DNA of 63,814 nt, counting the filler, from Octopus bimaculoides (lineage: Eukaryota): assembly GCF_001194135.2 (NCBI RefSeq). It is 4 parts of 4 records of this genome, joined end to end, with 100 filler letters (N's around TTAATTAATTAA, not from the genome) between each part and the next. Parts side by side here need not be neighbours in the genome. Positions count along the whole stretch, not along the records: positions 14,156 to 34,519 come from NC_068981.1; 3 more parts are not named here. One strand, given 5' to 3'. The translations under genes were made by a program, and so were the position numbers. The notes beneath the pieces were generated by a model. It saw nothing but the letters and a program-made list of their open reading frames with translations. It searched no databases and was not told the origin of the DNA. This document shows, piece by piece, positions 14,156-27,235 of this stretch (within the stretch, counting starts at the first letter, position 1; every line of letters begins with the position of its first letter).

Positions 14156-15001
14156 TATCTGTCATCACAGTATCGAAATGTGATTGTTTCAGTTTTGATA
14201 GTTTTCTTTTTCTTCTTCCTTTCTTTTTGTATTTGTTGTTGGAATTTTCGTAAAGGTTCATGAGAGGAAGTAGGAGTTGAAAGGATTTGTATTAGAAAGA
14301 AGAAATTAGATTTTATTAGGGAGAAAATGTTTACTCGTGTAGTTTTAAGGATTTTATTCATTATTAGGAAATTTTTGGAGTGAAAAAATGACGCAGTGAC
14401 CGAACAAATTGTATTTAGAATATTAATTGCGATTGTTTAATCGATGAAATTTGGAATTGTGTAAATGTATGAATTTTAAACATACACACACACAGAGAAA
14501 ATTTGCCTTTTATAGTATAGATATCAGAGCTTCCTTGGCAGAGAGATTTATAATTAGATCATTTCTAATATATCAGCCACGTTTCTTCACTATTTGGTAG
14601 TTTACAACAAGAACCTGTCATATGTTAGTTTTCTGGTTCGTCCTTATGGAGATCACGGGATGTTGGCATGCAGTACGAAAATACGTTAAGAATAGGTTTT
14701 CTTCGTTGAATAGAGTAATCTAAGAAATAACTGAGATGAAACGTCAACCGCTTCCACCAAGGAACCCTAAAATCTGCTCCTAATACGCCCGAAAAGAAAC
14801 AAATTTTGCCTCAACTTTCTGAAATATTCCTTTTCGAATTCCTTCTAGACCTAATCCTGGGATTATTGTTGCCATTTTACAACTAATATCACTACACTAG
14901 TTTCTGTAATATATTTATATTTTATAACTATTAAATGTTAAACAAATATTTTGATCAAATATATTTGAGAGATATTTGACCTGTACAAAGGCTTTGTCGT
15001 C

Positions 15002-15354
15002 GAGAAGCTTTCTCGCTTTAAGCAAAAGGTGTTGAAAAATACCAGCAGTCATTTCAGGATGACCTCATTCGACAGAATAATGAATACATTTCTCGCTTCT
15101 TGGTAGTCATCAGTATCGTGTAGTGCAAGAGTAGATGAACCCGGGGTCGCGCGTGATCAGCTCATGTTTTGATGTTGATTTGCTATAAGGATACAACTGT
15201 TTCCGAAATCCTTTCAGAGTTGTCTCTTTTGCAGTACATGGTGCTGATGATAACAAAGAACGAGAAATGTATTCACCGTTCCACTGAGAGAGGGCGCCTT
15301 GAAATAACTGTTGATGTTTTTCAACACCTATTGTTTAAAGCGAGAAAGGTTCTC
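15002..15354. repeat. Long imperfect inverted repeat (arms about 129 bp, about 78% identity by hand count)
   Basis: 15002-15130 aligns with the reverse complement of 15226-15354. Confidence 0.9.
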
Positions 15355-15554
15355 CCAGCAAATTAGCGACGAATGCAGCTTTTGTACTAATCATAAATGT
15401 CCCAAACATATTTGACCCGATCTATACGTTTGTTATTTACAACACTGCTTTCATGCATCCACTACAATATTAAATATTATAGATTATAAAATTTCGTTTT
15501 TGGATTTGGTTTGCAAGATTTTTTTTGTAATTTCGTGTGTTGAAGCATATTCTA

Positions 15555-15753
15555 TTGTGTCTGGGGAGAGTCATTTTCTTATTGTGCCTTGAAATTTAAC
15601 ACACACACCGTTAAAATTTCCACTTATTTTTAATTTTTATTTTCCTAAAATTTTCGTTGCGTCTTGCAACCTTATCAATCGTCTTGACTGTCAAGACTAT
15701 TGAGTGTGTTAAATGTCAAGGCACAATAAGAAAATGACTCTCCCCAGACACAA
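15555..15753. repeat. 50-bp inverted repeat with 1 mismatch
   Basis: 15555-15604 vs 15704-15753. Confidence 0.9.
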
Positions 15754-16654
15754 CAGATTATAAAATGTATTTTCAGAACTTCATGACCTAAATGCATCTA
15801 CACCAATGTCATCAAGAATAAAGAAATCATCATTAATTTCGTACAAGCAAGGCACTGGATTGGTAGACTCATTAGCGTGTCATACAAAATTTCGTGCAGG
15901 TTTTTTTTAAATATTTTTTAGTTTTCTACGTTTTGAGTTCAAATTCTGCCTAGATGAACTTTGTCATCAAATAAAGGATATGTCTCGTTTATTTATGATA
16001 GTAGAATGTGATTTGAGGAATATTTGGTTGCTATTTTTATCAGGTCTAGTAACTAATTGTTTCTTTAGTGCAATATGTGATTCGTTGGTGGATCTTTGTT
16101 GTTGGACGAATTAACTGGTAGTGACTGAGCATTCCACAGTATGTGTACCTTCAAAATAATTCTTAGGTAGAATCAGCGTGACCTTTAACTTTGCCTTTCG
16201 AATTACAGGTATCATTCATCTGACTACCCAATTTCACTCACATGGTATGGAGTGGAGGTGGGGAGCTTCTTAAATATCTTCCTATCACCAGACATTTTCA
16301 AATTTTCTATACTGATATAGGTTTGCATGCTGATAATGAAAATCCCATTATTTTTTTCTTTTCTCCTTTTTTTTTTTGTTTCTTGAAATGAATAATAATA
16401 CTTTCTACTAAAGGCACAAGGCCTGACATTTTGGGCGAAGGGATAGTCGATTATGGTACTTACCTCATCAGCCCTGAAAGGATGAAAGGCAAAGTCAACC
16501 TTGACAAAATTTGAACTCAGAATGTAAAGACAGACATGATGCCGCTAAGCATTTTGCTAGGTATGCTAACGATTCTGCCAGCTCATTGCCTTCCTCGAAA
16601 TGAATAATAATAAAAGCAAAACTGACAAGCTTTTAAAGCTATGTAATTTTAGTC

Positions 16655-17156
16655 AATCAGAAGCCTCCATTGTCGACATGCTGGAAGATGCAGTTGTCTG
16701 TTTCGATAGAAACAGCATGATATTATCCTTGTTATCAATGTTTACTTTAAGAAAAGGAAAACATTATGATACCTTGAATTTTTTTTACTTAAATCAAAAG
16801 AATTTAATAAAAAAAAGCAAAAATGAAAAAAATTAATGTTATGCAATCTCAGTTTTTTTGATTAAATAGGAAGAAAACTAACTGCTCACCATTAATGAAA
16901 TTGTACTGCTTTTTCTTCTGTCTTCACACTTCCTAACAAAGTCACAAATTTCACTGTTGAAGCATTCGATTTATAGGAAAAGGAAAATCAATCATGTATT
17001 TATGTTAAAAACAAATCCAGTTTGCTGCACTTGGGATGGAAAACATGTCAGTAACATTGTTAATGTCAATACTGTTCCCATGAAAACAGTTCCCATGTTT
17101 CCCATGGTAACAGACAATTGTGGCTTCCAGTATGTTGGCAATGGAGGCTTCTGATT
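16655..17156. mobile_element. MITE-like element, about 500 bp, about 50-bp imperfect TIRs
   Basis: Outer 18 bp are perfect (AATCAGAAGCCTCCATTG / CAATGGAGGCTTCTGATT); AT-rich interior; no clear TSD. Confidence 0.7.
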
Positions 17157-17202
17157 ATCTAACATCACATAAATCTAAAGGCTTGTAACTTTTTCTTGTT
17201 AG

Positions 17203-17349
17203 TTTCTAGAGAAAATGAACAAGATTTTTGTCATCAGCATGCAAAACTACATCAGTGCAAAAAATCTGAAAAACATTCTGAGGATGGGAAGAAATTTAAT
17301 AAGACCCTCTACTACATATCCATATGTGTATTTGAATGCAGTCAGTGGG
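17203..17349 (+). CDS. Candidate exon of the same unidentified + strand gene (two frames open; ATG at 17215 gives MNKIFVISMQNYISAKNLKNILRMGRNLIRPSTTYPYVYLNAVSG)
   Basis: Acceptor ttttcttgttag, weak donor gtatag, 147 nt; phase link to the 19916 exon is unresolved. Confidence 0.35.
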
Positions 17350-17739
17350 GTATAGTTTTTTTAGCTATATTGTTTGTTTTAAGACCTTTGTGGTATGCAT
17401 GCTGATGATAGTTACAAAATTAGGTTGTCATGTGCCTTTTGTTTTCTTTTTTTTTGAGAGAGAGAGAGAGAGAGATGACACATTCCATATATTTCATAAA
17501 CATAACTAGCAATTTTCTTACAAATTTTTTGAGGGGCATTTTCAATGTACCCTTCTATGCTGAATCTAAATTTGAAATCATATTTTTCCATATCAGGCTT
17601 AGTTTTCTAGCAACACTAAATTCATTTTTCCCATTTCCTTTAGTGTAATTACTGATAAAAAGGAAAAAAGAAACTAGTGTATTATGTTAATTATTACAAC
17701 TATAATTAGCAATTTTAGGATTCTTTTATTATTTTTCAG

Positions 17740-18125
17740 ACATTTTACTGTGGCCATGCTGGACCACCACCTTAAAGGGTTTTTAGTAGAAGAAATTGAC
17801 TCCAGGATTTATTCTTTGTAAGCTTAGTACTTATTCTATCAATTCTTTAGCCAAACTGCTAAGTTACAGGGATGTAAACACACTGACATGTGTCCCCATC
17901 ATCAAGTGATGATGGGGACACAGACACACACACATAAATATATACACACACATATATATATATATGCATATATACAAGCTTCTTTCAGTTTCTGTCTACC
18001 AAATCTACTGACAAGACTTTGGTCAGCTCAAGGCTATAGTAAAAGACACTTGCCCAAGGTGCCATGCTGTGGGACTGAACCCAGAACCATGTGGCTGGGA
18101 AGCAAGCTTCTTATCACACAGCCAG
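17740..18125 (-). mobile_element. SINE family 1 near-full copy, CpG-decayed
   Basis: Same family with CpG to TpG/CpA changes. Confidence 0.85.
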
Positions 18126-18563
18126 TTGTATAAATTTTTATGCAAAATTAGTACAGCTACTTCCTTTATAAGTTGAAAGTTCTGCTAATGCTTGTATAAT
18201 AAATTTGACAAGAGCAGCAAATTGTGTTGCTTAAGCTAGAGTCTGCAAATAGATCTGGAACATGAGATGACAAAATATGCTAACTGACAAAAATATTATT
18301 GAAAATGAAAATATACATTAAAACAATTATAATCATGTAGATGACAATGACAAAAGAGAGTAGAATGAAAATCAGAGGAACAGTTATTTTAAATAAAAGG
18401 TTATTAAAGTTAGTATTGTTGTGCTTTGGTCATTTAGATACAGCCTTATTAAAGTCATTCTATATAGTTAAAGGTCTTCCAACTGTGATCATTGGTCTTT
18501 TTGTTATATCAAGTCCTTCATTTGTTTTTTTGGCCTGTTTTTCTATGCTAGCATGGTTTAGAT

Positions 18564-18807
18564 CAGGGGTTTTCAAACTTTTTGACTTGCGGACCCCCTT
18601 ATAAATGCTTATGAAATTTATACATAAATATTTGCTTAAAATAACATATATTTTTATATTTATTTATTTAACAGTATTTAATAAATAGGTTTATTGTCAA
18701 TTAAAAGATTTCGATTAAAAAACATATATAAAATCAAATTTCCCATAAAAAGTATTTGCTGTCCACGGACCCACTGTGGTCCGCAGACCACAGTTTGAAA
18801 ACCCCAG
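18564..18807. mobile_element. hAT-type MITE
   Basis: TIRs CAGGGGTTTTCAAACT / AGTTTGAAAACCCCAG and an exact 8-bp TSD GTTTAGAT on both sides. Confidence 0.9.
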
Positions 18808-19915
18808 GTTTAGATGAATATATTACTGAGGCATTGTTTTACAACTAAATACCCTTCCTATCATTAACTTTGCCTGTTTTTCAAGTTAGGGATCTCTTAT
18901 TTCACGTCTAAAACCCTTTAGCATTCAGATTACTCTGTCAAATGTAATGCTTGTATATTCACATTGTTTAGAATTAGTCATGCAGTATCTTTCAGCTTTG
19001 AGATTTTGATGTGATTGTTTACTTTTAGTATGACATTCTAGGGTAGGTGTGAGAGACCGGATTTGGCCAGTTTGAACATAAAACAGGCAGAACATTTGGG
19101 TCAGATATAGTTGGTTTAAATGCACGAAGCTAGTGGAAGATATGATGACAACAACATCACTGCTTGTAGTTCATGATTTTTAGAGAAGTGTAAATGTAAA
19201 CAAACACTCACACATACCTCCACCCACCCACACATATATATATACCTCCTCCTTACACATATGTAACCCCAACACAGATATAAATATAGTAGACTTCCTT
19301 CAGTTTTCCCCCCTCTCTGTTAAGGAGCACAAGCATTTACACACACATGTTCACACACGATGGAAACTTCCACCAACCAAATCCAATCACAAAGCTTCAG
19401 TTGGCCTGAGGCTATAGCAGAAGACACTTGCCTAAGGTGCCACACAGTGAGTCTGAGCCCAAAACCATGTGGCTGGGAAGCAAACTTCCTAACCACACAG
19501 CAATGCCTGCACCAACATGTAAATGCACCCATGTGGTGCCACATAAAAGCGTCTATGCAGTGCCATGTAAAAGCATCCAGCACACTCTGTAAAATGGTTG
19601 GCATTAGGAAGGGCATGAAGCCATAGAAATCAGACTGGAGTTCAGTGCAGTCCCTCCCCCACTTGTCAACTCGTCACACCATCAAACTCATGCTAGCATG
19701 GACTATGGATGTTACATGATGATGATGATGAAGCTTCTATCAGTTTTTGTTTAACAAATACACTCACAAGGCTTTGGTCAGCCCAGGGTTATAGTAGAAG
19801 ACACTTGCACAAGGTGCTACACAGTGGGACTAAACCTAAAACTACAAGGTTGGGAAGCTTCATTGCAACACAACCACACCTGAAGCTATATATTATTATT
19901 GTTCTATGTTTCCAG

Positions 19916-20075
19916 TTTTAAAGACAAAATACAACATTACTTGAGGAAAGTTGAGGAGCTATTTCATGCATACCAAATGGCAACATTAAGGCTTCCATGT
20001 GTTAAGGTTGGTACATATGGTAAAGTATCAAATGAAAGGCATCCAATACCAATCCTAGGGTTACAGGCACCCTGG
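19916..20075 (+). CDS. Candidate coding exon of an unidentified gene (FKDKIQHYLRKVEELFHAYQMATLRLPCVKVGTYGKVSNERHPIPILGLQAPW)
   Basis: Acceptor ctatgtttccag, donor gtaagc, only one open frame, non-repetitive sequence; family not recognised. Confidence 0.5.
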
Positions 20076-22211
20076 GTAAGCTAAATTTTAGTGTCATTCT
20101 GAGTATTTAAAAAAAATTTTCACAGCCTGTAAATGTTGGAAAAAACGGAAAGTGGTTATTACAGTTTATCAAATATATGAATAATAAAGTTTATTATTTT
20201 TAACCTTCCCCTTTATTTCAAGTTCCTACATCAGGTCATTTCATTTTATTCCACTTCAGTTTACTGAGCAGTCATGACAATCGGTTGTTACATCCTGGAT
20301 ATTCCATTGGTTCATGGTTAAGGAGGCAGAGAGGATGTCTATATCTACTTATGGTTATATAAGCACCTAAAGCAACTAGCAAAAACACAGAACATGCTTC
20401 CAAACTACACACACTCACAAGAGATCGTTGGTTATACATTAAGTACCAGTAAATGACAGAACTGTGGAATGATTGACAAAATCACCATCATCATTTAACA
20501 TTTGTTTCCCATGCTGACATTGGTTGGATGGTTTGACCAGAACCTGCAAGCTGGAGAGCTGCACCAGGTTCCATTCTGATTTGGCATGGTTTCTATGGCT
20601 GGATGCTGTTCTTAATGCCAACCCCTTTACAGTGTGTGCTGGGTGCTTTTAATATGACACTGTATGAGCACTTTTAGATGGCTCTGACACAAATCCTTTT
20701 TACATGACACTAGCACTGGACTCTTGCAGGCCAATCATCTTCACCAGGGGCAGCGGCTGCAAAATTTAACTTCAACCCTCTACAGTCTTAGTTCAAGCTT
20801 CACTAGGTTGACTTTGTTTTCTATCCTTATGGCGTAGATAAAACAGATGTTATTTAGAGTAAAATCATTTCAGTTTTATATAATCTTTTATGGATTTTAG
20901 CTCTGTGCCAAGCAAAAACAAATGAATTTATGAAATACCTTGTAAATATTGTAACTTTTATCTTTTACTTGTCTGCAGCCATACTGGAGGCACTGCCTTG
21001 AAGAAATTTTGTCAAATGATTGACCCCAGCACTTATTTTTTTTGTTTTTGTTAGGCTTGGTACTTATTCCATCAGTCCCTTTTTGTTGAACCAGTAATTT
21101 ATGGGGATGTAATTACACCAACACTGATTGCCAAGTGATGGTGGGGGACAAACACAAAGATGCACACACACGTGCACATGCACATGAACACGCACACACA
21201 CACACACACATGTGCAAGCGCATACACACACTCCTCTACACACATACATACATATATATATACTGTACGCTCACATGGTCACACCAGTTTTATCCTTCTT
21301 TAACCTACTACACTTTGGACTTACTACTGCCTGAACTTTCTGCACCTTTCCTCATCTACATACCAGCACTCCACTCGGATTACCACTGGATATACTTATG
21401 GATTTCACTGGACTCTTCCGTTGATGAAAAATCGCTCCAATACACCATGACATTTGAACCTTATTGAACTTTTTTGCCTCATACTCCTTGCTGTTGAATA
21501 GCATAGGTTTGAAACGTAAAAGACTCTCACTTTCCCGAGTGTCAAACTAATACACCTGCTTGTTGTTCATACACCTGTCTTCGTCTTTTGTTTTTCTGTA
21601 AATTTCAACTATATATATATATATATATAAGCAGGGTTTTGTGTCCTTATATGTACCTTTCCNNNNNNNNNNNNNNNNNNNNNNNNNNNNNNNNNNNNNN
21701 NNNNNNNNNNNNNNNNNNNNNNNNNNNNNNNNNNNNNNNNNNNNNNNNNNNNNNNNNNNNNNNNNNNNNNNNNNNNNNNNNNNNNNNNNNNNNNNNNNNN
21801 NNNNNNNNNNNNNNNNNNNNNNNNNNNNNNNNNNNNNNNNNNNNNNNNNNNNNNNNNNNNNNNNNNNNNNNNNNNNNNNNNNNNNNNNNNNNNNNNNNNN
21901 NNNNNNNNNNNNNNNNNNNNNNNNNNNNNNNNNNNNNNNNNNNNNNNNNNNNNNNNNNNNNNNNNNNNNNNNNNNNNNNNNNNNNNNNNNNNNNNNNNNN
22001 NNNNNNNNNNNNNNNNNNNNNNNNNNNNNNNNNNNNNNNNNNNNNNNNNNNNNNNNNNNNNNNNNNNNNNNNNNNNNNNNNNNNNNNNNNNNNNNNNNNN
22101 NNNNNNNNNNNNNNNNNNNNNNNNNNNNNNNNNNNNNNNNNNNNNNNNNNNNNNNNNNNNNNNNNNNNNNNNNNNNNNNNNNNNNNNNNNNNNNNNNNNN
22201 NNNNNNNNNNN

Positions 22212-22244
<33 letters not shown>

Positions 22245-22514
22245 CAGGGTTTTGTGTCCTTATATGTACCTTTCCTTCTTTGGATACAAAACCCTGCTTG
22301 CAAAGACCTGTTGAGGCAAGTGAAATCGAAATCGGAATCGAAATTGAACCAAAATCGATGACTGGCACCCATGCCAACCTTCCTACATTGGACACTAAAC
22401 TCAGTTTGCGAAGACCTATTGGGGTAAGTGAGATCGAAACTGGACCAAATTCGATGATTGGCACCCGTGCTAGTGGAGTGCTAACAGCACCATCCAAATG
22501 GAATCACTGCCAGA

Positions 22515-22893
22515 GCAGTGGTCTCGCTTCCGTGCCGGTGGCATGTAAAAAGCACCATTTGAACACGATCGTTTCCAGCTTTGCCTTACTGGCACTTGTG
22601 CCGGTGGCATGTAAACAAAACATTGGACTGATTCCTGTGCAGGTGGCATGTAAAAAACACCATTTGAGCGTGGCCGTTGCCGGTACCGCTGGACTGGCCC
22701 TCATGCTGGTGGAACGTAAAAAGCACCCATTACACTCTCGGAGTGGTTGGCGTTAGGAAGGGCATCCAGCTGTAGAAACTCTGCCAGATCAGATTAGAGT
22801 CTGGTGTAGCCATCTGGTTCGCCAGTCCCCAGTCAAATTGTCCAACCCATACTAGCATGGAAAGCGGACGTTAAATGATGATGATGATGATGA
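22515..22893 (+). mobile_element. SINE-like family 3 with internal TGCCGGTGGCATGTAAAAAGCACC repeats and a (GAT)n tail
   Basis: GGTTGGCGTTAGGAAGGGCATCCAGCTGTAGAAAC core; further copies near 19.6k, 20.5k, 32.3k, 33.5k, 53.8k, 55.4k and 56.5k. Confidence 0.8.
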
Positions 22894-24966
22894 TATATCA
22901 AGGACAACCTTAGCACTTCAGCCAGTACACACAATGCTAAAATGAAAAAAAACCATATAATTGAAATAAAGTATATTTAGCATGTATGTACCCTCCTTCC
23001 AGCAGTCTCTCATAAAGTTCTAGCATTCTGACGCAGACCACACCATTTTCTTCTCATCTTTCTTACTATTTACTATTCTATAGGCATTATTTGATATTTG
23101 TTTATCTAACTATAATCTTTTCATATATGCCACATGTCCCTTGTACAGTCTTGTCACATGTCCCCTGTACAGTCTTCTCTCTTGCACATTGTTCATGTAT
23201 GCTGTCATTACAGGTTCATGATGGGTTGGTGTAAGGGGTTAGTTTCATACTAGGTAATTTTGAAATTTGCATACAAATACAAGCATTTGCACTTCACTTG
23301 AGAGAAATCCTTTGCTGCCAACAGAGGTGACAGTTCTTTGAACTTTTTCCCACCCTGTTTTTACTCTGGCTACTATGCTTTAACAATACTTACATCCACC
23401 ACTGATTAGGTCACCTAGATAACTGAAACTGTCAACAACAAAATAACTTATGCTATCTTGCTCTGGATCTCGGAAGTCTGAGTTCAAATCTAGCCAAAGT
23501 CACCTTTGCTTTTCAGTCTTTTGGGGTTGATAAAATATAATACCATACCAGGTGGTGGACAGACAGAATTGTTAGAGCATCAAATGAGATGTCTTGTAGT
23601 GTTTATTTCAGCTTATTAAGTTATGAGTTCTTGAATGATAGATTTAATATGTCATTTGGTTTAATACCACAGCTGGTCTTTGGGTACCTTTAACAAATAT
23701 TAATTCTGTTGGAAGCATTCAAGTCAGCTCTCCAGTTTGGGAATAACTTTGGCCATCAAAAATAAAAAATCATGGATACTGTTTGTCCCTCCTTGACTAA
23801 ACAGTAATGATAAAATAAAATTTCAAAATAATTAAAAAAAGAAAATTCTTCCAGCACCCTTTCTGACCATTTTGAAGGCTATTTATGATTTTAAACAAAG
23901 GAGTTCATTCAATTATCATTGTTTGTAAATGAAAAATAAAGTAAAAAAGACATATGTTGATATCTAAAATTATTTACTCAACTACTAAAATAATGAGTAG
24001 ATTAACGTTTGTGAAGTTAAGGGGTTAAATTGTTGATCACATGCACATAAATTCAAACTTTAAGTGTTACAGTCTCTGTGCCATGACCCTGCACAAGAAA
24101 CATAACTCTGTTAGTCTTACTGTTGGTAGGGTCCACTTTCACCTGGACACTTGAGATGTTAGTAGTGGGACCAGCATTTTAACATAACATAACAAAAAAT
24201 ACCCAATTCTAAAAAGAAAAACAAAAAGATATTCGCCTGGGCAAACACGGGTTGAAAAATACATTCATATAGTTTGCAGTTGAGTGAAAGGATTTATAAA
24301 AATACAATGCTCTCTTTCTCTGTCAAACGTCCATATATGCAATTATACTGACAGTTGCTGACATACTTGTATTTTTTATTTCCTAGAATATGTTTTACAT
24401 TCAAGTCTTTTTTAAAAATTTTATTATCAAGGTTTTATCATGCTACAATGAAACTAAAAACTCAAGTATAGGCTTATTTTGATCATACACACATATACAC
24501 ACAGATAAACAGGCCTTATTATATTTTAAAGGATGGACAAACTGAATGTTGTGATGAGTTCATGCCTTTCTCAATTGAAGTGATAGCATAAGTCTAATGG
24601 AAACAACCTCAAATAATTACTGGTATTGTGTAGCAAACTAGGTTTGCTGGAAGCTTACCTTCTGCCCTATGCAGTAGCTACAAACAGAAAAAAACACATT
24701 TAAACTATATTTTGTAAGCTGTTCTTCATCTTTCTTGTAGTTTGATTCATTTAATTTGTGCTTAGAAATAAGGAGAGTCTCAATACATCTTTTTAAATTA
24801 TTACATATATATATATTGGTTTAACAATGTATTGCTGTTGCCATTGTCACCATCAGCAGTATCATCAAAATAAGGAATCATCAGGATATATATGTAACAA
24901 TCCCTGGAGCTTCATATTGTTAATATTATCATCATTAATATTATAAAGATGGAAATTTTCTTTCTG

Positions 24967-24980
24967 TCAAGCTTCACATT
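24967..24980 (-). CDS. ITGB: Integrin beta putative terminal coding exon (E-C-E-A-stop)
   Basis: Strong acceptor ttctttctctttgacag. Phase-1 join restores the conserved terminal EC of the beta-tail, followed by TGA at 24969-24967. Confidence 0.75.
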
Positions 24981-25027
24981 CTGTCAAAGAGAAAGAAATA
25001 TTTTTAGTAATAACTGACTAATAATGT

Positions 25028-25103
<76 letters not shown>

Positions 25104-25110
25104 ACGCATA

Positions 25111-25144
<34 letters not shown>

Positions 25145-26768
25145 AAGTTCTAACAAAAATTGTTACCTTTCCTCCGAATGACATAGGTTTTCATTTTATT
25201 ATTTGGACGTTGCTCAAGGGCAAACCTTACTCTACAGGAATCATAATCATCAATAAATAAACACAGATGTCTTGTCTTTTTTGTGTATATATCATCTACA
25301 ATATAAAAGCCATATTAATTCTGTTAAATAAATTATTAACAATATTATTTGTCTACAATAATAACAAAAAATAAATGACTTACAATCAAAATATAATAAA
25401 GACTTCTATTCTTCTATTCAAAAAATAGTCTCACATATAATCCTCGTCTTTATCTTTTACTTGTTTCAGTCATTGGACTGCAACCATGCTGAGGCATCAC
25501 CTTAAAGTGTTTTGGTTGAATGAACCAATCCCAGTACTTAAGCCTGGCACTCATTCTATCAGTGTTCTTCGCTGAACCACTGGGTTATGAGGATGCAAAC
25601 AAACCAATATCAATTGTCAAGTGGTGGTTGAGGGACTAAGATGCATGTGCACACACACACACATTTATGAGGCGGTACTGTAAAGTTCCTGGCTTTGGGT
25701 AAAAGTTAATTGTGATTTTATTCAACATATTCCCCTCTGAGATTCACACACTTATTGCAGTAGTCCTTCAGTTTTTCTTATCCCTGTAAAAGAGCTCAGA
25801 TGGTTGGGCCTCCAACCAGGTCTTTTGTGATACTCTTAAGGTCAGGAACTTTTCAGCACCTTCTCATATATATATATGATTGGCTTCTTTCACTTTCTGT
25901 CTACTAAGCCCATTCACAAGGCTTTGGTTGGCCCATGGCTATAGTAGAAGACATTTGCCCAAAGTGAAGCACTGTAGGACTGAACCTGGAACCATGTGGT
26001 TGGGAAGCATTCATATTTATATGCCCTACAACTGTAAGCTTATTCAGAACTTCCTGCTTCATTTCAATGATAGATTTTCTGTGTTGTTCAGCAAATATGT
26101 GGTCTGTTTCAACATCATTTTCCTGGCTGTTTTTTCTAGGGTCATTATATTTTCCTTTTTGTTGAGGCTCTTGAGTGGTTTCGGCAGATAGTCGCCTTTC
26201 AGTCAATGCTTGTGGTCCAACATTCCTCTCCTCTGCTTCGTCATTTCTTTCCTGACTTACATTTAGGTCATTCTCTACCACTTTTTTAATAGAGGTCAAT
26301 TCTGCATCTGTGAGTCTGATATTTCTGAAGATATCTCTTCTAACATTTGCTAACCTGTTTTCATCCAGGTTTAGTCTGCTAGCTGGATTCCGGCTCCTCC
26401 AAATTCTGTAGGAGTTTGCGGTGTGTTTCTTTTGGGTTGGCCTACTTAATGCAAAGTAATAAGCATATATTACTTATTTACATTCTTCCCGGTTCCATTT
26501 AGTTCTTTTACATTTTTGATTTTGTGGTTGTTGTGGTGGTGAACTTTGGGGGCTTAATTTGGGACAAATCCTGTTTAAGTGACCTTCCAGGTTTGTATTC
26601 AGGGGAGATATTTTGCCATCTGAAAATTTTTCGCCGTCAGGCTGACAGCCTCCTGACAGGCACGCTTCCAGAATAACGATTGGACAAGCGATTCAGTGTA
26701 CTGTTTGAAATTTTCTTTTCTTTTTAAGTAAAGTTAAATTATTATTAAATTTTCATTTTTTAAAAATA

Positions 26769-26802
<34 letters not shown>

Positions 26803-27181
26803 GTTCAGTAGTTTTATTTTTATAACGTGCTTTCACTTCACTACCGAGCGCAGCTCTGTGCGCCTTGGGTATGTGCTGTGGTTTGCTGTGGTGCTCTTAT
26901 GTTTACTGTATTGAAAGTGTTTTGCGTAGAATGTGTGCAGTACCCAGTAGTGCAATTTTCTGTATGTTATATATATTTGTAAGTCCTGGTGTTTTTGTTA
27001 TGTATTTGTCTGAATATTTTTTTATTATACCTAAGGCACCTACTATGATAGGAATTGTTTCTGTTTTTAGATTCCACATTCGAGTTACCTCTATTTCCAG
27101 GTCTTTGTATTTTGAAAGTTTTTCCATTTCTTTTAGAGAAACGTTGTCATCTGCTGGTATTGATACATCATTTTGAAAGCA

Positions 27182-27235
<54 letters not shown>

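Noticed and set aside
17290-17345. YISICVF similarity to the SPATA6 N-terminus
   Set aside because: Flanking residues do not match; too short to support.
21613-22272. 41-bp direct repeat flanking a gap (TATATAAGCAGGGTTTTGTGTCCTTATATGTACCTTTCC)
   Set aside because: Most likely unmerged overlapping contig ends around a (TA)n tract.
22280-22756. 158-aa + strand ORF
   Set aside because: Lies within SINE-like family 3 and its internal repeats.
24367-24443. Minus segment HDKTLIIKIFKKDLNVKHILGNKKY as an integrin cytoplasmic tail
   Set aside because: Only superficial HD..F.K similarity, no NPxY and no preceding TM exon.
24531-24590. + strand terminal exon DGQTECCDEFMPFSIEVIA*
   Set aside because: Weak acceptor, uncertain phase link; falls within the probable integrin 3' region.
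24900-24960. Frameshifted TM helix after the integrin stop (ISIFIILMMIII)
   Set aside because: Only 12 hydrophobic residues derived from AT-rich/ATG repeats; no W-K, HDRxE or NPxY.
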